Below are positions 19,346 to 27,829 of a stretch of DNA of 54,268 nucleotides, piece by piece. Both the position numbers and the translations under genes were made by a program. The stretch is from the IMG/VR virus record IMGVR_UViG_3300004153_000002, positions 1 to 54,268 of that record. One strand, 5' to 3'. Numbering within the stretch: the stretch's first letter is position 1; the number at the start of each line of letters is the position of its first letter. The notes under the pieces were generated by a model, which was not told where the DNA came from, ran no database searches, and saw only the letters and a program-made list of their open reading frames with translations. This DNA comes from a virus. Lineage: Duplodnaviria > Caudoviricetes.

Positions 19346-20341
19346 ATGGTGATAGATACTGAAGACTTCTGGCAAAAATGGCTGTTGGATACGGAAGTCA
19401 AATTTCAGCTGACTGCAAAGAAAATATGGCACAATAAAATACTTGATATATCAAAGCTGGCAGACAAAGTAAAGTTTGTCGGCTTTGATATTAAAAAGTA
19501 TCCTTTCTTGAAAAAGCGTATTGAACTAACCCTTCGGGAGATAGCGAAGAAACTGCAAATAAACGTCGTTAACGGTATCAATCAGGCATGGGAGATATCA
19601 AACCATAAGAACACGGTCTTCCTTGATAAAAACCTAAAGGGATTCGAACTATCTGGTAAGGCAAAGCGGATCTATTACGACCCGAATTATGGCGCCCGTC
19701 AGCAGTTTATTAACCGGCAAGCTAAAGGGCTGAACCTTTCGGACCGAATCTGGCAGCATGTACAGGGCTTCCGGGGCGATATGGAAGCCGATATGCTATT
19801 AGGACTGAGTAACGGCATCCCGTCCAGGGAGATTGCAAAATTGATGCGCAAACACCTGTTAAACCCTGAACATAACCCTTCACCGGGACCAGGTGTGTAC
19901 AAATCACCACTGAAGAACGCCTTCAGGATGACCAGGACTGAAACGAACATGGCGTATCAGACTTCGGACTTCCTGCGTTGGAACAGCCAGCCTTTTGTGG
20001 TTGGTATTAAGATCACTATATCAAATGCGCACCCTGAACACGATGAATGTGACGCGCTGCAAGGTAAGTACCCGAAAGACTTCATGTTTGTAGGCTGGCA
20101 TCCACAGTGTTTATGCCATGCTACGGCTATATTGATCACCCGTGAAGAAATGGACAAATACCAGGATTCGTTATTTGACCAGGTGGATTGGGATGGTCAA
20201 TCAGTGAATAGTGTGAATGCACCACCTGACAAGTTCCACGAATATTTAGAGAAAAATAAAGAAAGGATCAATGGATTGAAGAATCCGCCATACTGGGTTA
20301 GAGATAATCCCAGTTACATGGATATTTTAAGTAAAAATTAA
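19346..20341 (+). CDS. Minor head protein (SPP1 gp7/Mu F-like)
   Basis: LSDRIW, RTETNMAY, CD..QGKYPK..GWHPQCLC. Confidence 0.85.
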   Translation: MVIDTEDFWQKWLLDTEVKFQLTAKKIWHNKILDISKLADKVKFVGFDIKKYPFLKKRIELTLREIAKKLQINVVNGINQAWEISNHKNTVFLDKNLKGFELSGKAKRIYYDPNYGARQQFINRQAKGLNLSDRIWQHVQGFRGDMEADMLLGLSNGIPSREIAKLMRKHLLNPEHNPSPGPGVYKSPLKNAFRMTRTETNMAYQTSDFLRWNSQPFVVGIKITISNAHPEHDECDALQGKYPKDFMFVGWHPQCLCHATAILITREEMDKYQDSLFDQVDWDGQSVNSVNAPPDKFHEYLEKNKERINGLKNPPYWVRDNPSYMDILSKN

Positions 20342-20342
20342 C

Positions 20343-20350
20343 TATATTTG
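20343..20350 (+). promoter_or_regulatory. -7 box (TATATTTG) for the candidate sRNA
   Basis: Exact TAnnTTTG immediately after the gp7 stop. Confidence 0.5.
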
Positions 20351-20354
20351 TCCT

Positions 20355-20449
20355 GTTGTTGATTTGCTCATTGTTTTTATCCAGATTCTTTCCATATCCT
20401 ATCTGTTGAAAAATTTAGCTACTGATTCCGGTCAGTGGCTATTTTTTTT
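20355..20449 (+). ncRNA. Candidate trans-acting antisense small RNA
   Basis: Bounded by a -7 box and a terminator; no ORF; 5' GTTGTTGATTT is complementary to ATCAACAAC leaders. Confidence 0.4.
20416..20449 (+). terminator. Intrinsic terminator
   Basis: TAGCTACTGA/TCAGTGGCTA stem plus T8. Confidence 0.8.
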
Positions 20450-20463
20450 GTTTATAAAATAAA

Positions 20464-20495
20464 TTTGGTTCGTATTTGCGAACCTATTATCTTTA
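20464..20495 (+). promoter_or_regulatory. Operator-containing promoter P1
   Basis: TTTG-N20-TATCTTTA with palindrome GGTTCGTATTTGCGAACC. Confidence 0.8.
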
Positions 20496-20513
20496 TCGAA
20501 TAAATTATAGGTT

Positions 20514-20750
20514 ATGGATAAAGAAATGAAATTTTCAGAAGAAAGGTTCGACCCTGCTTTTCCTATTAAGACAACCACGTTCGAACCAGGCGAAGCGACC
20601 TATTACGGCATATCTCGTCGCGGATACATTGCAGCGAAGGTGCTGGCCCAAATAGCGGCCACCTATACTTCACCTGCTGACGCGGCAAAGGAAGCTGTAA
20701 TGATGGCGGACGCCTTAATTGCTGAACTGGATAAAGAAGAACAGGTATGA
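20514..20750 (+). CDS. Small phage protein (PAFP...G-SRR-Y-AA...A---ADALIAEL type)
   Basis: Recognisable recurring phage small-protein pattern; first gene after P1. Confidence 0.7.
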   Translation: MDKEMKFSEERFDPAFPIKTTTFEPGEATYYGISRRGYIAAKVLAQIAATYTSPADAAKEAVMMADALIAELDKEEQV

Positions 20751-21055
20751 GAAAGAAACTGGTATATTTTACGTTTAATTTCAGGTTTGAAGTGATGAAC
20801 ACCCGTGATCTATTCGGGTTTAAGATGGGATATTCGGTTGTATCTCTGGCAATGGATGAAGCCCCTAAACAAGGGGATATCGTTCGCCTGAAGTATGCGG
20901 ACTATGAAAAGTGGGCAAAGGAAACCGGACTTCAATTTGATTATGTACAGAAATTTTGCAGAGTTAAGCAAGTATATCATATACCAGCTGATCAGCATGA
21001 CAGTACTGCAAACCACATGGTCACTTTTGTTGATTTGTCGGTGATTGAAAAATAA
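20747..21055 (+). CDS. Hypothetical protein
   Basis: ATGA-coupled ORF. Confidence 0.65.
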   Translation: MRKKLVYFTFNFRFEVMNTRDLFGFKMGYSVVSLAMDEAPKQGDIVRLKYADYEKWAKETGLQFDYVQKFCRVKQVYHIPADQHDSTANHMVTFVDLSVIEK

Positions 21056-21056
21056 A

Positions 21057-21088
21057 TTTGGTTCGTATTTACGAACCAAGTATATTTA
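21057..21088 (+). promoter_or_regulatory. Operator-containing promoter P2
   Basis: TTTG-N20-TATATTTA; palindrome 21060-21077. Confidence 0.85.
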
Positions 21089-21117
21089 CAACATCAACAA
21101 CAATAAAACACATTATC

Positions 21118-21372
21118 ATGAAGACTTCAAACATAGACCTGAAAAAGTTTGAATACATTGTTATCTCTTTAAACTCCTGTGGTCACACAGAAAGATATTA
21201 TGAAGCTGTTCCGGCTTCAATGACTAGCAGTTTGATTGATGAATATGTACGTGAGTTTTACGGTAGTCAGTCCGGTCAGAAATGGCGTACAGCTACACCG
21301 GCCGAAAGAGAGAATAATATATTTGAAATATCAGAAATTACGGCGCCTTTTTTAACTAAAGAATTAATATAA
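21118..21372 (+). CDS. Hypothetical protein
   Basis: ATG after A-rich leader of P2. Confidence 0.7.
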   Translation: MKTSNIDLKKFEYIVISLNSCGHTERYYEAVPASMTSSLIDEYVREFYGSQSGQKWRTATPAERENNIFEISEITAPFLTKELI

Positions 21373-21440
21373 TTTTCTTGTTTTGGTGTATTATCAAACC
21401 GGACCGGGTCTTTTGTCCCGGTTCATTTAAAACTACAGTA

Positions 21441-21704
21441 ATGAAATTAGGAGATAGGATATTTGTCAGATGCCACGCTAACAGGATCAGCCCTGCAAAG
21501 GTTTGGGCCATGTCCGAATTAACTACAAGTGAGTTGCTGCGTGATGGCATTGGACAAAGCATCACAAAAACTGCTGAAGTGACTATCAGAACCAAAGCAG
21601 GATTTTATAATCTTAATGAATTTGAAAGCTGGTCAGAGAATGAAGATGAACTTCGCACCAGCCCTTTCATTAGAAAAACCAACGACGATGGCCGGAAAAA
21701 CTGA
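21441..21704 (+). CDS. Hypothetical protein
   Basis: ATG 21441; overlaps next gene. Confidence 0.6.
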   Translation: MKLGDRIFVRCHANRISPAKVWAMSELTTSELLRDGIGQSITKTAEVTIRTKAGFYNLNEFESWSENEDELRTSPFIRKTNDDGRKN

Positions 21705-21945
21705 ATACCTGGTAAGCCTTGAAGCAAAGATGGGATATAACCGTAGGCGGAATATAAGAAAGGTATTTAAAAGCCTTCCAGCGGCCGTCAAGTTTGCCCA
21801 CAGGGCTATGGGATGGAAGGATGAACAAGACCCGCGCAACTGGAAAAACCGCCCTAAGAATAAGCACCCGTGGTGGGGAATTAGAATAACCAACTGGACC
21901 AATTACGAAACCTTACTTTCATTATACCTAGAAGACAATGGCTGA
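21688..21945 (+). CDS. Hypothetical basic protein
   Basis: ATG 21688; operon packing. Confidence 0.6.
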   Translation: MAGKTEYLVSLEAKMGYNRRRNIRKVFKSLPAAVKFAHRAMGWKDEQDPRNWKNRPKNKHPWWGIRITNWTNYETLLSLYLEDNG

Positions 21946-22204
21946 ACTAACACCATATAAACGCCCGGAAGGGTTAACCGTATCCGGTCCAGCTGGTGAA
22001 TATGGATATTATAACGTGATGAAGCCAGTCATCGGAGAGAAATACCACCTTTGTTGGGCAAAACGGGGCTGTGTGTGGCGTTTAATATCATTTGACGAAG
22101 ATTGCATTCACTGCAATCTCAAAACGCCTAAAACAGGTATGTATTTTCGTGGTAAAGTTGCCGATCTTCGTCACATCAGAAAGAACGAACAAAATCCGCA
22201 TTAA
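21938..22204 (+). CDS. Hypothetical protein
   Basis: Operon packing. Confidence 0.6.
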   Translation: MAELTPYKRPEGLTVSGPAGEYGYYNVMKPVIGEKYHLCWAKRGCVWRLISFDEDCIHCNLKTPKTGMYFRGKVADLRHIRKNEQNPH

Positions 22205-22205
22205 T

Positions 22206-22445
22206 ATGAGTACACACGGTGAATTATGGCCAAAACGAACAGGTTTGAAAGTTGAGTTCTTCCATGAATGTAGTGAAGGAATGCGGGTGATTCGTGGCAT
22301 TATACCTGCAAACGTGGATAAATCATTCATAAGAGATTGGGGAGTTAATTTAAAAACGCACTATTATATATGGTTTATTGATAGTGCAGGTAAAGAATGG
22401 CGAACAACTGTTAAAAAAGAACATGCCACATTATTAAACGATTAA
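22206..22445 (+). CDS. Hypothetical protein
   Basis: ATG 1 nt after previous stop. Confidence 0.6.
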   Translation: MSTHGELWPKRTGLKVEFFHECSEGMRVIRGIIPANVDKSFIRDWGVNLKTHYYIWFIDSAGKEWRTTVKKEHATLLND

Positions 22446-22457
22446 ATCCTATTTTAT

Positions 22458-22679
22458 ATGAAAAATTCCTACTACCAAGAAAAGAAAGATTATTCAGCGT
22501 ATCGGGAGCCAAAAACGGATCGGCAACGTAAGCACTGGAAAAAGCATGGCCCTAATTGGGACCGTTACTATCGACAGGAAACGTTACAGATAATGGGATA
22601 CATGGCGCTTGTGGTTCTATTGGCGATGCTGGCTATTGTATTATTAGGAATGGAGTTCAAAGCCTGCAATCGCATATGA
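22458..22679 (+). CDS. Small membrane protein
   Basis: C-terminal hydrophobic helix. Confidence 0.6.
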   Translation: MKNSYYQEKKDYSAYREPKTDRQRKHWKKHGPNWDRYYRQETLQIMGYMALVVLLAMLAIVLLGMEFKACNRI

Positions 22680-22942
22680 AACAACCTACCTGGCGGGATC
22701 ATTACGCACCGATTATAGCTGCTAAGATAAAAAGTATCATGGCTGAAGATCCTGCAACCACTATGACACGTTTACGCTACCTGTTAGGGCAGATTAACCC
22801 TGGACCCTATGGGCATCATAAAAAGACGTGGGCAAGTGAAGCCACCAGGCAGGTGAACGCCTTAACTCCTGAAGGACGTGAAAAGAACCGAATCAAAAAA
22901 TCTGGACCTAAACCACCTAACACACAAACAGAACTATTTTAA
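22676..22942 (+). CDS. Hypothetical protein ending QTELF
   Basis: ATGA-coupled start at 22676. Confidence 0.65.
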   Translation: MKQPTWRDHYAPIIAAKIKSIMAEDPATTMTRLRYLLGQINPGPYGHHKKTWASEATRQVNALTPEGREKNRIKKSGPKPPNTQTELF

Positions 22943-22957
22943 CCAATTAAATTGCAA

Positions 22958-23146
22958 ATGATGCTATACACAGTCAAGTATTCCGCAGCCACGTACAGTG
23001 GCACCAGAAAAGTCAGTGCTGATGATAAAGAAGAAGCCATCAGGAAAGTTCGTAAAATGATACGTAGTGAAATGACGTTATCAATGTATTCGGACAGTTA
23101 CAAGGTCATTGCAGAGCAGGAAGAGGACAACGGATTTGATGAATAA
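22958..23146 (+). CDS. Hypothetical protein
   Basis: Last ORF before terminator. Confidence 0.6.
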   Translation: MMLYTVKYSAATYSGTRKVSADDKEEAIRKVRKMIRSEMTLSMYSDSYKVIAEQEEDNGFDE

Positions 23147-23178
23147 CGTTTTTTTAGTTGGCATGGATTATAAACAGT

Positions 23179-23202
23179 AGGCGGGTATCAACCCGCCTTT
23201 TT
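23179..23202 (+). terminator. Intrinsic terminator
   Basis: AGGCGGGT-ATCA-ACCCGCCT plus T-run. Confidence 0.8.
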
Positions 23203-23220
23203 GGTGTTTTTTAAAATAAA

Positions 23221-23252
23221 TTTGGTTCGTATTTACGAACCAACTATATTTA
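23221..23252 (+). promoter_or_regulatory. Operator-containing promoter P3
   Basis: TTTG-N20-TATATTTA; palindrome 23224-23241. Confidence 0.85.
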
Positions 23253-23282
23253 CATCATCAATAACAAAATACACACAAAACT

Positions 23283-23585
23283 ATGAACAAGACAGTTACC
23301 ATCGGAGAGAGCCGGGACCGCTCAAAAGACAAGGTTTTTAACCTGACCTTAATTGCTGTAAGTGATGGCGAAACATGGAAGGACGACTTCGCTACAGCCC
23401 AACAGACTGAAGCCGCTGCACTGGTTTATGCAAGAAAGATGTTCCCTTATTGCGCTGTAGTTCCATCCCGGAAGATCAGCACCAGTCCACGCGGCCTGCT
23501 ATGGCATGGCGTGGCTATAGGCTTTGCAGCGGCATTCTTTCTGGTTACTGTTGTAGTGGCTATCTACCTTCCGAAATTAATCTAA
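23283..23585 (+). CDS. Hypothetical protein with C-terminal TM helix
   Basis: First ORF after P3; hydrophobic C-terminus. Confidence 0.65.
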   Translation: MNKTVTIGESRDRSKDKVFNLTLIAVSDGETWKDDFATAQQTEAAALVYARKMFPYCAVVPSRKISTSPRGLLWHGVAIGFAAAFFLVTVVVAIYLPKLI

Positions 23586-23626
23586 TTACCTACCGGCGCC
23601 CCGTAAGGCGCCATAACATTTATATA

Positions 23627-23983
23627 ATGAACGTTCAAACGTCAGAAGACAAATACAGCATAAACAGGCAAGGTTTAGGAACTATTAGTGCAAAAAATCT
23701 ACTGGATGCCATGTGCATTGCAATTGAATTTTCACGCCAGCCAAACGTAGAAAAATATGATGCTTGCTGTCTTCAGGTAAAGGAAGATGGCACCTTCAGT
23801 GTATTAAACAGGTGCTATAGTAATACTTCTTTTTCTCAGCCGGTTACTTATGGATTACGTTATGACCTGATGACTGTAAAGTCTTCTGATTATCCTGGTC
23901 AGCCAGTGCCGTTCAGTATTGCACACTTTTGTGTTACTTTTGGAATACCTATCACTAACAGTGCTATTGCTGAAAACAAATAA
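23627..23983 (+). CDS. Hypothetical protein
   Basis: ATG 23627 after a small GC hairpin. Confidence 0.6.
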   Translation: MNVQTSEDKYSINRQGLGTISAKNLLDAMCIAIEFSRQPNVEKYDACCLQVKEDGTFSVLNRCYSNTSFSQPVTYGLRYDLMTVKSSDYPGQPVPFSIAHFCVTFGIPITNSAIAENK

Positions 23984-23985
23984 CT

Positions 23986-24114
23986 ATGGATATTTCCGAT
24001 TTGTGCTTAAGGATAGGCGCTGTTTATTTATCCATTGCAGCTGTTACGCTGCTGCATCAAATTTGTATTGAAGTGAAAATTTATTTATCTGACAGTAAAA
24101 ATTACCGTTTATGA
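23986..24114 (+). CDS. 42-aa hydrophobic mini-protein (not in ORF track)
   Basis: MDISDLCLRIGAVYLSIAAVTLLHQICIEVKIYLSDSKNYRL; fills the gap exactly and is ATGA-coupled to the next gene. Confidence 0.55.
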   Translation: MDISDLCLRIGAVYLSIAAVTLLHQICIEVKIYLSDSKNYRL

Positions 24115-24692
24115 CCTGGTTAAACAAAGTATGGTTACAATTCGTCGGAGCAATGCAGGAGTTCCGGCGTGATATCAAAGAATCGTCGGAGATAGTGGAA
24201 TTGCGCCAAAAGTGCAATGAATACTATAAGATGATGTGTTTATTGCAAGATCAAGTTCAGATACTTCAGCACATCGGTGAAGTTAGGAACATAAGAAAGA
24301 ATCAAGACGACATTCTGAATAAACTGGCGGATCATCTGGCCGCGCTGAAGGATGTGAAACATACCTGGAAGCCGGAAACTTACGAAAGGGATAAAATGCT
24401 TACCGCTGCTGCTGAAGGGCTGGCCTATCATAATAAAATTGGAGATATGCTAAAAAGTGGGAAAATTGAATTTCCACTTGATGAAGGTACGGCGTATGAT
24501 ATCACGCCGCCGGTGCAGACAGAAGACATAGACAAATTTGACACCTGTAAGGTGGTTTTCAAACAGTCTGACCAGCGTGAAGCGCCTTGTTACCAGTGTG
24601 ATACTGGTGAATACAAATTAACCGGTACTGACCCCGGTGGCACGCAGCGTTATGAATGCAACTTCTGTGGCGATAAAGTTTCATTCCCATGA
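24111..24692 (+). CDS. Coiled-coil protein with C-terminal Zn-ribbon
   Basis: CYQC...CNFC. Confidence 0.7.
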   Translation: MTWLNKVWLQFVGAMQEFRRDIKESSEIVELRQKCNEYYKMMCLLQDQVQILQHIGEVRNIRKNQDDILNKLADHLAALKDVKHTWKPETYERDKMLTAAAEGLAYHNKIGDMLKSGKIEFPLDEGTAYDITPPVQTEDIDKFDTCKVVFKQSDQREAPCYQCDTGEYKLTGTDPGGTQRYECNFCGDKVSFP

Positions 24693-24937
24693 GAAGGCGA
24701 CTGGACATAGAGCGCCAAACACGTTTGGAGCCTAAGAGAATGCAAGCGGCATACAAAGCCATCTTAGATGCTGGATATAAGCCGGAAATACTGAGTTTTA
24801 AAGACCAGTTGAGTAAAGCCATAGTCTTTTACTATAAAGGCAATAAGATCACGTATTATGCCTATTCAGGATGGCACACAGGTAAAGGGATCACAGACGG
24901 CCGTGGCTTAAAAAATCTTTTAAAACAAATAGAATAG
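24689..24937 (+). CDS. Hypothetical phage protein
   Basis: ATGA-coupled; YSGWHTGKGITDGRGL. Confidence 0.7.
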   Translation: MRRRLDIERQTRLEPKRMQAAYKAILDAGYKPEILSFKDQLSKAIVFYYKGNKITYYAYSGWHTGKGITDGRGLKNLLKQIE

Positions 24938-24992
24938 AATATTTTAACTATTTTAGATCGTCATTTCAATTAAAAACCAAATAAAAAGTAAA

Positions 24993-25445
24993 ATGAAACA
25001 TTTAAATGCAGCCTTATTATTTTCAGTGTTGGCAGCTTCGTTTTTTTTGTCCCCGAATAACAGTTATGCAAGCCCTGACAATAAAAAGGATTTATCTATT
25101 TCAATTGGTTTAAATTCTCAAATCAAGACTATTTTTGATGAATTTAAATTCACAGACATCGGTACTGTTATTTCTTTTTCATCCCGGAGAGGTATAGTAG
25201 TAGGCGACTATGTGAGGTTGTCTTCTTACCCTGCTAATGACTGTTTTGAATGGTATGCAATTTACAGTGCATGTAATTATTTCAACAATCCGTGGTGGTT
25301 AACTTTGCCTAAAGTTAGAGTTATTGCAATAGGAACTTTAACCGGGTGTTCAGAAACGGCACAACCATATTACAGAGTAGAAACGATTAGCGGTTGTTAC
25401 ACTCAGACTTCGTGGCCCCAGGCTCATTGTACCAAAGTGCCATAA
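24993..25445 (+). CDS. Exported Cys-containing protein (moron-like)
   Basis: N-terminal signal peptide ending SYA; AT-rich; followed by terminator. Confidence 0.65.
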   Translation: MKHLNAALLFSVLAASFFLSPNNSYASPDNKKDLSISIGLNSQIKTIFDEFKFTDIGTVISFSSRRGIVVGDYVRLSSYPANDCFEWYAIYSACNYFNNPWWLTLPKVRVIAIGTLTGCSETAQPYYRVETISGCYTQTSWPQAHCTKVP

Positions 25446-25494
25446 ATAGAAAATACCGGAAAAATCCCCTGTTGATTATTGACCAAACAGTATT

Positions 25495-25522
25495 AAAAAC
25501 CCTGACCCCTGTCAGGGTTTTT
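25495..25522. terminator. Bidirectional-type intrinsic terminator
   Basis: AAAAACCCTGAC-CCCT-GTCAGGGTTTTT. Confidence 0.8.
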
Positions 25523-25542
25523 AATGCGTATAAGAAAATATA

Positions 25543-25574
25543 TTTGGTTCGTATTTACGAACCATTTACATTTG
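25543..25574 (+). promoter_or_regulatory. Operator-containing promoter P4
   Basis: TTTG-N20-TACATTTG (perfect consensus); palindrome 25546-25563. Confidence 0.85.
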
Positions 25575-25593
25575 TTGTATAATTAACAACACA

Positions 25594-26001
25594 ATGAAAA
25601 AGAAACTATTTTATCGTGTCTGCAACGTACGGACCTATCAGGGGTTATGGTATAGCTTTAATGGCGACTTTACGGGCCTTATTCATAAGAAGTTCGACTT
25701 CTGTACAAATAATACCCTACCTATGCCGCATGACCCGGAAATAATCGGTTACCTGTCAGCCATGGACAAGCTGGAAGATATATTCCACTGGTTCAGCAGG
25801 GAAGACATTATTCGCCTTCAGGATTTTGGCTTCTTCCTGTATGAGTATGAAGCTACTGATTATAGACAGCATCAAAACCACTGGATATTCGAAAAGAACA
25901 CTGCCAGGGTATTGAACCGGATATCATACAATGATGTGACGGACCTGAACCGCGGTGATGATCCATTCAAAAAAGAACTTTCACTAAAACAACATTTATA
26001 A
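25594..26001 (+). CDS. Hypothetical protein
   Basis: First ORF after P4. Confidence 0.7.
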   Translation: MKKKLFYRVCNVRTYQGLWYSFNGDFTGLIHKKFDFCTNNTLPMPHDPEIIGYLSAMDKLEDIFHWFSREDIIRLQDFGFFLYEYEATDYRQHQNHWIFEKNTARVLNRISYNDVTDLNRGDDPFKKELSLKQHL

Positions 26002-26003
26002 TT

Positions 26004-26234
26004 ATGGAAAAGAAAATTGTAATTCGTGACTATGCTAAAAGATCAACCAACCAGGGAGAAACGGAACTTGAAAATGTTACCGAAGGAATTGATTACTACG
26101 TTGGTGATCGTGGTGGTACCAGGTTTAACATTCGATTCAGTGACGACGGTATTACTATTCACAAAACTGGCGACAACATTGACGAAGGAATTGTTTTTTC
26201 GTCGTCTGCGTCGAACACGGTCAATTTACGCTAA
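26004..26234 (+). CDS. Hypothetical protein
   Basis: Operon packing. Confidence 0.65.
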   Translation: MEKKIVIRDYAKRSTNQGETELENVTEGIDYYVGDRGGTRFNIRFSDDGITIHKTGDNIDEGIVFSSSASNTVNLR

Positions 26235-26542
26235 TGGTATACGTAGACGACTATAAAGCACCTATGGGTAAAATGATCATTTCCCATATGTTCGCTGATA
26301 CCTCTGAAGAACTGCTTCAGATGGCGACACAGTTGGGAATTGATCATAAATATATCCAGTTCCCCGGAACGCCTTCAGAATGCTTTAATGTCTGCATGAA
26401 GGACCGCACGGCGGCAGTGATCAAAGGAGCCAGGAAAACAACCTTCCTTCAGTTCACCAAGCTATCTGACCTAAAAAAAAGGAATATCAAAAGACTGGAG
26501 CAGGGCAAGCCCTTGTTAAACCTTCGTATTTATCACAAATAA
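26234..26542 (+). CDS. DUF4031-like protein
   Basis: MVYVDD...SHMFADTSEEL..MA..LG pattern. Confidence 0.7.
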   Translation: MVYVDDYKAPMGKMIISHMFADTSEELLQMATQLGIDHKYIQFPGTPSECFNVCMKDRTAAVIKGARKTTFLQFTKLSDLKKRNIKRLEQGKPLLNLRIYHK

Positions 26543-26569
26543 ACAACACCGGCGGGTTACGCACATTTT

Positions 26570-26761
26570 ATGGCAAACAATGCAGGTAATACAGGTACTG
26601 GCATTTTAGGTACACTGTTCATCATTTTTTTAGTACTGAAAATATGCAAAGTTATTAACTGGTCCTGGTGGTGGATCACGGCGCCCCTGTGGGGATATGT
26701 GGCCATTGTAGTTGTATTTGTCCTGATCATCCTATTAGCAAAAGTTTTTTCACGCAGTTAA
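26570..26761 (+). CDS. Small two-TM membrane protein
   Basis: LFIIFLVLKI..VINWSWWWITAPLW. Confidence 0.75.
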   Translation: MANNAGNTGTGILGTLFIIFLVLKICKVINWSWWWITAPLWGYVAIVVVFVLIILLAKVFSRS

Positions 26762-26790
26762 AAAAACCCGGACACGGTATGTAATTTATT

Positions 26791-27093
26791 ATGGCAAGCC
26801 TTATAATAGACAGTCCACAAACCACCGAAACGGTGCAGCTTAAAAACGCATCTCCTTCTCGCGGTGTATATGCGTATTTTTATAAGAACAAAACTTACCT
26901 TTTGACAAATTCTTTTGAAAAAGGGTTCACTTCTTTTTACTTCATTTGTCTTGACGACCCAATGAAAACACCTGTCCAGACAGGATATGGATTTTCTGAC
27001 TCCGTTAAGACTGCAATGTCAGCAGGGCATAACGTATTTTTATTTAATGACTTTAATGAGTTGGCTCAACAAATAGCTGAGCCGGCATTTTAA
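26791..27093 (+). CDS. Hypothetical protein
   Basis: Flanked by repeated intergenic linkers. Confidence 0.65.
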   Translation: MASLIIDSPQTTETVQLKNASPSRGVYAYFYKNKTYLLTNSFEKGFTSFYFICLDDPMKTPVQTGYGFSDSVKTAMSAGHNVFLFNDFNELAQQIAEPAF

Positions 27094-27121
27094 AACACCC
27101 GGACGCGGTACGTAAATATTT

Positions 27122-27307
27122 ATGGGAAATATCGCTATCAACATCCAGTGTGAAACAGTAGGCGAACTAATCGGCCACCTTCACAAAATTGAAGAAGACA
27201 TCATCAGCAAAGGTATTGACGCCGATGAGGATGTACTTCTTTTGGCTGAATTTACACTTGATGATAACAACTGTTATGGAGAACATACAGTTGAAATTTT
27301 ACAATAA
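27122..27307 (+). CDS. Small acidic protein
   Basis: ORF; DNNCYGEH. Confidence 0.65.
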   Translation: MGNIAINIQCETVGELIGHLHKIEEDIISKGIDADEDVLLLAEFTLDDNNCYGEHTVEILQ

Positions 27308-27495
27308 TGGAACGCCGGTACATATATCACGGCGACCGCATGACCGATCAGCAGTACAGAAAACAGATCTGTACTGCTGTTTTACGTCCTGATGGTAAAT
27401 GCATCAGAGGTAAAAACGGGAATATGCTGGTCAGGTTTGAAAGTGGCATTACCTGCGTGGCGATAGCCAGATTGTTAAGGAAGGTAAAATGTTAA
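27307..27495 (+). CDS. Small basic protein
   Basis: TAATG coupled; GKCIRGKNGNMLV. Confidence 0.65.
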   Translation: MERRYIYHGDRMTDQQYRKQICTAVLRPDGKCIRGKNGNMLVRFESGITCVAIARLLRKVKC

Positions 27496-27497
27496 TT

Positions 27498-27758
27498 ATG
27501 AAAAATGCAGCCACCATACAGGCATTAGCAGCCAGGCTACAAAATGAAATAACTAAAAATAGGGATGTTAGTAGATTTGATGAAATATATGCAGACATAG
27601 AAATGAGAGTAGGAAGGGAACCTTTTCTTGTATCATGGAGATATAAGGGCCTTTCTGAAGGGGTTATTAAAATGCTTACAGACAATAAATTCACAGTCTT
27701 AAAGGCTGACTTTATTACAGATGAAGGCCAGTACTATTGGGTTAAATGGGCTGAATAA
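27498..27758 (+). CDS. Hypothetical protein
   Basis: Operon packing. Confidence 0.6.
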   Translation: MKNAATIQALAARLQNEITKNRDVSRFDEIYADIEMRVGREPFLVSWRYKGLSEGVIKMLTDNKFTVLKADFITDEGQYYWVKWAE

Positions 27759-27765
27759 AAATAAA

Positions 27766-27797
27766 TTTGGTTCGTATATACGAACCACTTATCTTTA
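27766..27797 (+). promoter_or_regulatory. Operator-containing promoter P5
   Basis: TTTG-N20-TATCTTTA; perfect 18-bp palindrome GGTTCGTATATACGAACC. Confidence 0.85.
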
Positions 27798-27829
27798 CAA
27801 CATCAATCACAAAAACACAAACAAACACC

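Noticed and set aside
21058-21117. Repeated N-terminal peptide MVRIYEP in several ORFs (21058, 27767, 52390 and inside others)
   Set aside because: It is the translation of the operator-promoter DNA from a TTG; real starts are downstream ATGs
23146-23202. Possible second small RNA before the terminator; GGTATCAACC loop shared with the 52065 terminator
   Set aside because: No -7 box and no convincing target; most simply a 3' UTR
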